Source: an uncultured Candidatus Saccharibacteria bacterium
GTDB lineage: Bacteria; Patescibacteriota; Minisyncoccia; Phycocordibacterales; PALSA-1337
Reading direction: 5' to 3'
DNA length: 64,000 nt
Assembly (NCBI GenBank): GCA_964470105.1
Contig: CAYXZI010000004.1
Coordinates: forward strand, 5,271-69,270
Both the position numbers and the translations under genes were made by a program. The notes under the pieces were generated by a model. The model made no database searches, was not told the origin of the DNA, and worked only from the letters and a program-made list of their open reading frames with translations. Of this stretch, positions 59,182-64,000 are shown in pieces (the first letter of the stretch is position 1; each line of letters begins with the position of its first letter).

Positions 59182-60231
59182 CTATGCAGGTAGCTTTGCT
59201 GAATCAGCTATATCGTACTTTCCATCCTTTGTCTTCTTAAAGTTTTTTTGATTTTGTAGATTAACCATTATAGTATTTTCCTTCACATACCTCTCTTTCA
59301 TAACCTTATCAATGATTTCCTCTTTTGTAAGTGGACCATTCTTCTCCAAAATGTTTTTAATAACATCCTTTACAACCCCAGACATATATCCCCATTCTCT
59401 AAGAGCATATAGACCTCTTCCAACTAAAACAAATCTCTTATCCTTTATTAGTTCATTATGTGTAGTTGCAATATGAGCTTTCTTTTTGAAAACTTGAGTA
59501 ATCTGTTTAGCAACTTCTTTAAAGTGTATTGGGGAACCATGCTTTCTGATGACCAAGAATGCATAGTCTCTGACACCCTTTGTCTTTATATTTGAAGAAT
59601 GAGAAACACCCCATTCACCCATAGCGTTCTTTCCGAGTGACTTAGAGATACCTAACCATCTTTTAATGATTTCCTGATTCTTATATTTTTCTGACACTGA
59701 TTCCAAATGAGAAAGGAATCTATTTACGATTTCAGATTCTGGAAGTAGGTCATCGTCTGAAAGACCAGTATATAGTTTTCTTAGAGAGTCTTCTACTTGC
59801 TTAGCCAACTCTTCATTTACATGCCAACGATGCTTAAATTCATCATCCTCCTTCTTCTTTTTGAAACCTTCACCGATAACTAGAATGAAGTGTATATGAT
59901 TCTGCAGTTCTTTATCCTTTGATGCATGACCAAGGAAATCATCCTCGACGACAATTCCACCAAGACTATGTATTAGAGTTTCGATTTCAGCAAAAGCTGT
60001 TTTTTCAGCTTTATATACATCTGACTTTCTGATATTTGTTAGAGCATAGTTTTCTATTTGTCTTACTCGTTCACGAGTAATACCATATAGCTTTCCTATA
60101 GCATCTAGAGTCATTTTATCTGTACTCTTTCCTAGACCGTATCTTTTAATTAGCACCTCACGAGCACGGTCTGGTAAGACTGATAGAAGTCTTTTTGTTG
60201 ATTGTTTTGGTTTGAATTGTATGTTGGCCAT
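59182..60231 (-). CDS. Sigma-70 region 4 plus C-terminal winged-helix domain protein
   Basis: L..L..R.REV...RYGL....TL..IG...GITRERVRQIE; later P.HF.E......T.HNELI.D.RFVLVGRG.YAL.EWG. No region 2. Confidence 0.8.
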   Translation of the reverse strand: MANIQFKPKQSTKRLLSVLPDRAREVLIKRYGLGKSTDKMTLDAIGKLYGITRERVRQIENYALTNIRKSDVYKAEKTAFAEIETLIHSLGGIVVEDDFLGHASKDKELQNHIHFILVIGEGFKKKKEDDEFKHRWHVNEELAKQVEDSLRKLYTGLSDDDLLPESEIVNRFLSHLESVSEKYKNQEIIKRWLGISKSLGKNAMGEWGVSHSSNIKTKGVRDYAFLVIRKHGSPIHFKEVAKQITQVFKKKAHIATTHNELIKDKRFVLVGRGLYALREWGYMSGVVKDVIKNILEKNGPLTKEEIIDKVMKERYVKENTIMVNLQNQKNFKKTKDGKYDIADSAKLPA

Positions 60232-60298
60232 GCAATTATTGGTTATTTGATAAGATTGATACTACATTATGATTGATATTGTGTCAAATGTGGTCTAA

Positions 60299-63160
60299 TT
60301 ATACAACTATATTTACGAGTTTGTTTTTAACAAAAATCACTTTTTTCACCTCCTTTCCATCTATCCATTTCTGTATTTCCTCCATATTTAGAGCCGTATT
60401 CTTCAATTCATCATCCGGTGTATCCCTTTTTACTTTTACCTCCCCTCTCGTCTTACCATTAATCTGAATGAATACTGTCACATTGCTTTCTACCAACCTG
60501 TTTGGATCAAACTTTGGCCATTCTGATTCATGTACTGATCCTTTGTTCTTCATCCTCTCCCATATTTCTTCTGTAAAATGTGGTGCAAACGGAGCAACTA
60601 GTTGAATGATTATCTGATAATATTCTTTAGAAATGCTTTTTTCTTTTTCAAATTCATTCAATAGAATCATTATGGAACTAACAGCGGTATTGAATCTCAT
60701 TTCCTCTATATCCTCACTTACCTTCTTTATCGTCTTATGAACTGAAGTCTCAATACTTTCTCCACCACCCTCCCCAATCTTTTCTTGTAACTTCCATATT
60801 CTTTCAATGAATCTTCTTGAACCTGCAATGGTGTTGGTATCCCATGCTATCGCTTGATCAAATGGACCCATAAACATTTCATGTATTCTAAGTGTATCTG
60901 CTCCAACTGTTTTCACTATATCATCTGGATTAACTACATTTCCTACTGACTTAGACATCTTTGCTCCACCTTCAGCTAGAATTAATCCATGTGATGTTCT
61001 CTTCTTATATGGTTCCTTTGTTGGTACAAGACCCAGGTCATAGAGGAATTTATGCCAGAATCGAGAATATAGGAGGTGTAGGGTGGTATGTTCCATACCT
61101 CCGTTATACCAATCAACTGGAGTCCAGTATTTGAGATTCTTTTGACTAGCAAACTCCTTCTTATTATGTGCATCAACGTAACGTAGATAGTACCAACTAG
61201 ATCCAGCCCAGTTAGGCATAGTGTCGGTTTCTCGCTTTGCTTTACCTTTACAATTTGGACATTTAGTATTCACCCATTTATCTAGAGAAGAAAGTGGTGA
61301 TTCACCTGTTTCAGTTGGTTTATAGTTTTTAACTTTTGGGAGCTTGAGTGGTAATTCTTTTTCAGGCACAGGAACTATCCCACATTTTGGACAATGTACA
61401 ACAGGTATTGGTTCTCCCCAATATCTCTGACGAGAGAATATCCAGTCGCGGAGTTTAAACTTCGTTACCCATTTACCTCCAACAAATTCAGTAATTTCTT
61501 TTTTAACAGATTCAGAGTCTTTACCTGTAAAATTACCGGAGTCTAACAACATACCTTCTCCTGTATATATGTATTCAGGATTAAAGATTATATTCTCAAG
61601 GAATTTTCCTTCAGAGACAGTTAGAAAATCAAATAGTTCCTTCTTGCTTTTCCAAGTTATATCATGCAATGCTCGCTCTTTTTCACTAACCACAGATCTG
61701 TCTTCATTTTCTAAATCAAAAAATACATAGTGGAAATGAGCCCATCGATTCACTTCTTTAATTCGATGAAAGAAAAAAGTATTAATATTAACTGGTGAAG
61801 TTCTAATATATTTAAGATTTTTATAGCCAGTCTCCTCTTCGACTTCTCTTCTAGCTGCCACAACTGGATCCTCACCTTCTTCAATTCCTCCTGTTATTAA
61901 ACCGTTCATCTTTGCAATTTTCCAACTTATACAGAGATACTTATCATCTTTAGGATTACGAACAACTACACAAACCGCTTCTCTTTTAATATACGGCAAA
62001 TCTTTTTTTGGAATTGAATCTGTGGCATCAATAAACTTAGGCTCTAGAACATACTTAACATTTAACTTATATTTCTTCGCAAAGTACCAATCTCTCTCAT
62101 CATGAGCAGGTACGGCCATTACTGCACCAGTTCCATAGTCAGATAGGACATAATCAGCTACCCATACTGGTATCTTTTCTTTGGTTGCAGGGTTTATAGC
62201 CCAGACTCCTTTTACTTCAACTCCAGTCTTTGTATTTTTTGCATCAGTTCTTTCTATTGTAGACTTATCCTTTGCTTGTTTTACATATTTCTTTACTTCA
62301 TCAGCATTATTCAATACTCCTTTATGATTATCGTCTATAGCTAGAGTCACCCAAGGATGCTCTGGAGAAAGTACTATATATGTGACTCCGTATATGGTAT
62401 CAGGTCGTGTAGTGAATGCCGGAATCAATCCTGGTTTCTGACCACCCTCGAACTGAATTTCAAAACTGATTTCTGCCCCCTCACTCTTCCCAATCCAATT
62501 TCTCTGTTGAATCTTTATTTTCTCCAAGAATTCAGTCTCATCCAAATCCTTATCAAGTCTCTCTGCATATTTTGTTATAGCCAACATCCACTGTTCCTTT
62601 TCTCGCTGTTCAACTTTTGTACCACATCTATCACAGCATCCATCTACAACTTCTTCATTAGCTAGACCTATCAAGTCCTTAGGACACCAGTTTATGGTCA
62701 TCTTCTTCTTGTATGCCAATCCTTTCTTTAGGAATTGTAGGAATATCCATTGTGTCCATTTATAGTATTTAGGATCTGTAGTATCTATTTCTCTGTCCCA
62801 GTCAAAAGAGAAACCGAGCATCTTCAATTGCTTTCTAAAGTTATCAGTATTCTGTTTAGTAACTATAGCTGGTTGTATACCCGTCTTGATAGCATAGTTC
62901 TCTGTAGGTAGACCAAATGCATCCCAACCTATTGGATACAGTACATTGTATCCCTCTCTTCTTCTCTTACGAGAAATGATGTCCATAGCAGTATTACTTC
63001 TAATGTGGCCTACATGCATACCAGCTCCAGATGGATATGGGAATTCTATGAGAGCATAGAACTTTTTCTTATTTAAATCCTCCTTCACCTTATTAGGCTT
63101 TTTCTTCTCCCAAACCTTCTGCCACTTCTTTTCTATTTTAATATGATCATACTGTTCCAT
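60299..63160 (-). CDS. leuS: Leucine--tRNA ligase with internal Nudix domain
   Basis: FPYPSG.GMHVGH, FTTRPDT, GTGAVMAVPAHDERD, SRQRYWG.PIP, KMSKS; Nudix box at ~61823-61891. Confidence 0.97.
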   Translation of the reverse strand: MEQYDHIKIEKKWQKVWEKKKPNKVKEDLNKKKFYALIEFPYPSGAGMHVGHIRSNTAMDIISRKRRREGYNVLYPIGWDAFGLPTENYAIKTGIQPAIVTKQNTDNFRKQLKMLGFSFDWDREIDTTDPKYYKWTQWIFLQFLKKGLAYKKKMTINWCPKDLIGLANEEVVDGCCDRCGTKVEQREKEQWMLAITKYAERLDKDLDETEFLEKIKIQQRNWIGKSEGAEISFEIQFEGGQKPGLIPAFTTRPDTIYGVTYIVLSPEHPWVTLAIDDNHKGVLNNADEVKKYVKQAKDKSTIERTDAKNTKTGVEVKGVWAINPATKEKIPVWVADYVLSDYGTGAVMAVPAHDERDWYFAKKYKLNVKYVLEPKFIDATDSIPKKDLPYIKREAVCVVVRNPKDDKYLCISWKIAKMNGLITGGIEEGEDPVVAARREVEEETGYKNLKYIRTSPVNINTFFFHRIKEVNRWAHFHYVFFDLENEDRSVVSEKERALHDITWKSKKELFDFLTVSEGKFLENIIFNPEYIYTGEGMLLDSGNFTGKDSESVKKEITEFVGGKWVTKFKLRDWIFSRQRYWGEPIPVVHCPKCGIVPVPEKELPLKLPKVKNYKPTETGESPLSSLDKWVNTKCPNCKGKAKRETDTMPNWAGSSWYYLRYVDAHNKKEFASQKNLKYWTPVDWYNGGMEHTTLHLLYSRFWHKFLYDLGLVPTKEPYKKRTSHGLILAEGGAKMSKSVGNVVNPDDIVKTVGADTLRIHEMFMGPFDQAIAWDTNTIAGSRRFIERIWKLQEKIGEGGGESIETSVHKTIKKVSEDIEEMRFNTAVSSIMILLNEFEKEKSISKEYYQIIIQLVAPFAPHFTEEIWERMKNKGSVHESEWPKFDPNRLVESNVTVFIQINGKTRGEVKVKRDTPDDELKNTALNMEEIQKWIDGKEVKKVIFVKNKLVNIVV

Positions 63161-63226
63161 AAAATGTATCATATAACAAAAAGCCCTCGACGTGAAGTCG
63201 AGGAGCTTTCGAGTTATAAGACCTGC

Positions 63227-63367
63227 TCACTTGAGCAAGTCCCGAAATAACGCTGGCTCAGTTGCCGCGATGAGCGCGACAGCTATAGCCAAGAATCCAA
63301 CGAAGAGAATCGCTACCGTCCTTGAACTTCTCTTCTCCTCCGAAGAGGCTGAAAATGAACTGTTCAT
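63227..63367 (-). CDS. Orphan cassette single-TM protein (46 aa)
   Basis: TTGCTT-N16-TATAAT before ATG63367; terminator CTCGAC/GTCGAG at ~63179-63210. Confidence 0.6.
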   Translation of the reverse strand: MNSSFSASSEEKRSSRTVAILFVGFLAIAVALIAATEPALFRDLLK

Positions 63368-63474
63368 ATTCCCTAGTATTATACCACACCATCTATAAAA
63401 AGCAAGTGTCAAGGGTATGCGGTATTATGAGATAAATACTAGACAAAATTATCTAAATCTTGTATTGTTTTGAC

Positions 63475-63602
63475 AGTCAGTTGCACAAGGAGGTTAGTTT
63501 CATCATCGCCAACTGACTAGTTGAGTCTAACCAACTCAGCTCGCCCGCCGGACGCTCTCTCACCCCACATTTAACCAAAGGGAGCGTCCGGCTTTTCTTT
63601 TG
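63475..63602 (+). ncRNA. Putative small RNA with AAGGAGGT in a hairpin loop
   Basis: TAGACA-N17-TATTGT promoter; stems AGTCAGTTG/CAACTGACT and GTTGAGT/ACTCAGC; 14-bp terminator plus T tract; no ATG. Confidence 0.65.
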
Positions 63603-63637
63603 GATTGAATTATATATTTAAAAGAGTAATATTATTG

Positions 63638-63749
63638 ATGGAGTACTATTCTGAGTATGTACTCCCCAAAGGAGGCTCTGGGGGGTTCGCAACTCTTTTA
63701 CCCCCTGCTTGTTTCGTGCCGGTCCGAGTGGACCGGCACTTTCTGTTTT
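63638..63749 (+). ncRNA. Putative small RNA with AAAGGAGG between hairpins
   Basis: TTGAAT-N16-TAATAT promoter; stems GGAGTAC/GTACTCC and GGGGGT/ACCCCC; terminator GTGCCGGTCC/GGACCGGCAC plus T tract. Confidence 0.55.
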
Positions 63750-63772
63750 AAATGCATTAATAGATATCAACA

Positions 63773-64000
63773 CTACACCATAAGCAATACAGCACCCAAG
63801 AGAGCAATATTTTTTAGGAAAGAAATTTTTTCGCTTGATTTCTGCTGTGCATCTGAGATTTTCCAAAAAGCATGCATCTTAAATGTAACTGGAATCAAAA
63901 ATACAACAAGAAGTATGAGTGATATAATTTTAAAAATATTAAACAAAACCCCTAGTCCACCTAGGATCAATAGTATTCCAGTAAAATATATTGCGAGACT
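63773..64000 (-). CDS. DoxX-family membrane protein, C-terminal part (5' end outside window)
   Basis: TFKMHAFW and FLKNIALLG. Confidence 0.8.
   Translation of the reverse strand, partial: SLAIYFTGILLILGGLGVLFNIFKIISLILLVVFLIPVTFKMHAFWKISDAQQKSSEKISFLKNIALLGAVLLMV

Noticed and set aside
1-64000. Alternative genetic code (TGA read as Gly or Trp)
   Set aside because: Conserved genes are full length under code 11, and TGA ends genes such as ftsW, scpB and mnmA at the expected positions.

Overview
AT-rich bacterial chromosome segment read with genetic code 11. Gene content and compact enzymes suggest Patescibacteria/CPR, probably Parcubacteria (inference). The backbone is housekeeping genes: dnaX 3' part, tRNA-Gln, typA, rmuC, recR, dnaB, cysS, gltX, aspS, trpS, alaS, leuS, mnmA, murG, ftsW, scpAB, mltG, grpE/dnaK/dnaJ, an RND pump, and the infA-rpmJ-rpsM-rpsK-rpsD-rpoA-rplQ-rplM-rpsI cluster. 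Many of these look leaderless, with a -10 box 6-9 nt before the ATG and no Shine-Dalgarno. Between them sit about 15 small, GC-richer orphan genes, nearly all with their own sigma70 promoter and hairpin terminator. Some share identical flanks but carry unrelated ORFs. Non-coding highlights: (i) four short transcription units with a strong anti-SD complement and no start codon after it (781, 1071, 63487, 63668); (ii) a ~340-nt multi-helix RNA upstream of an ORF6N gene; (iii) a T-box before aspS with an ultrashort Stem I; (iv) a ~50-nt hairpin RNA transcribed towards an NYN nuclease gene. Recombination scars (duplicated trpS and rpsI 3' ends) suggest how accessory genes arrive. No CRISPR array, transposase or integrase was seen. 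All calls are by eye; no database search or folding program was run.
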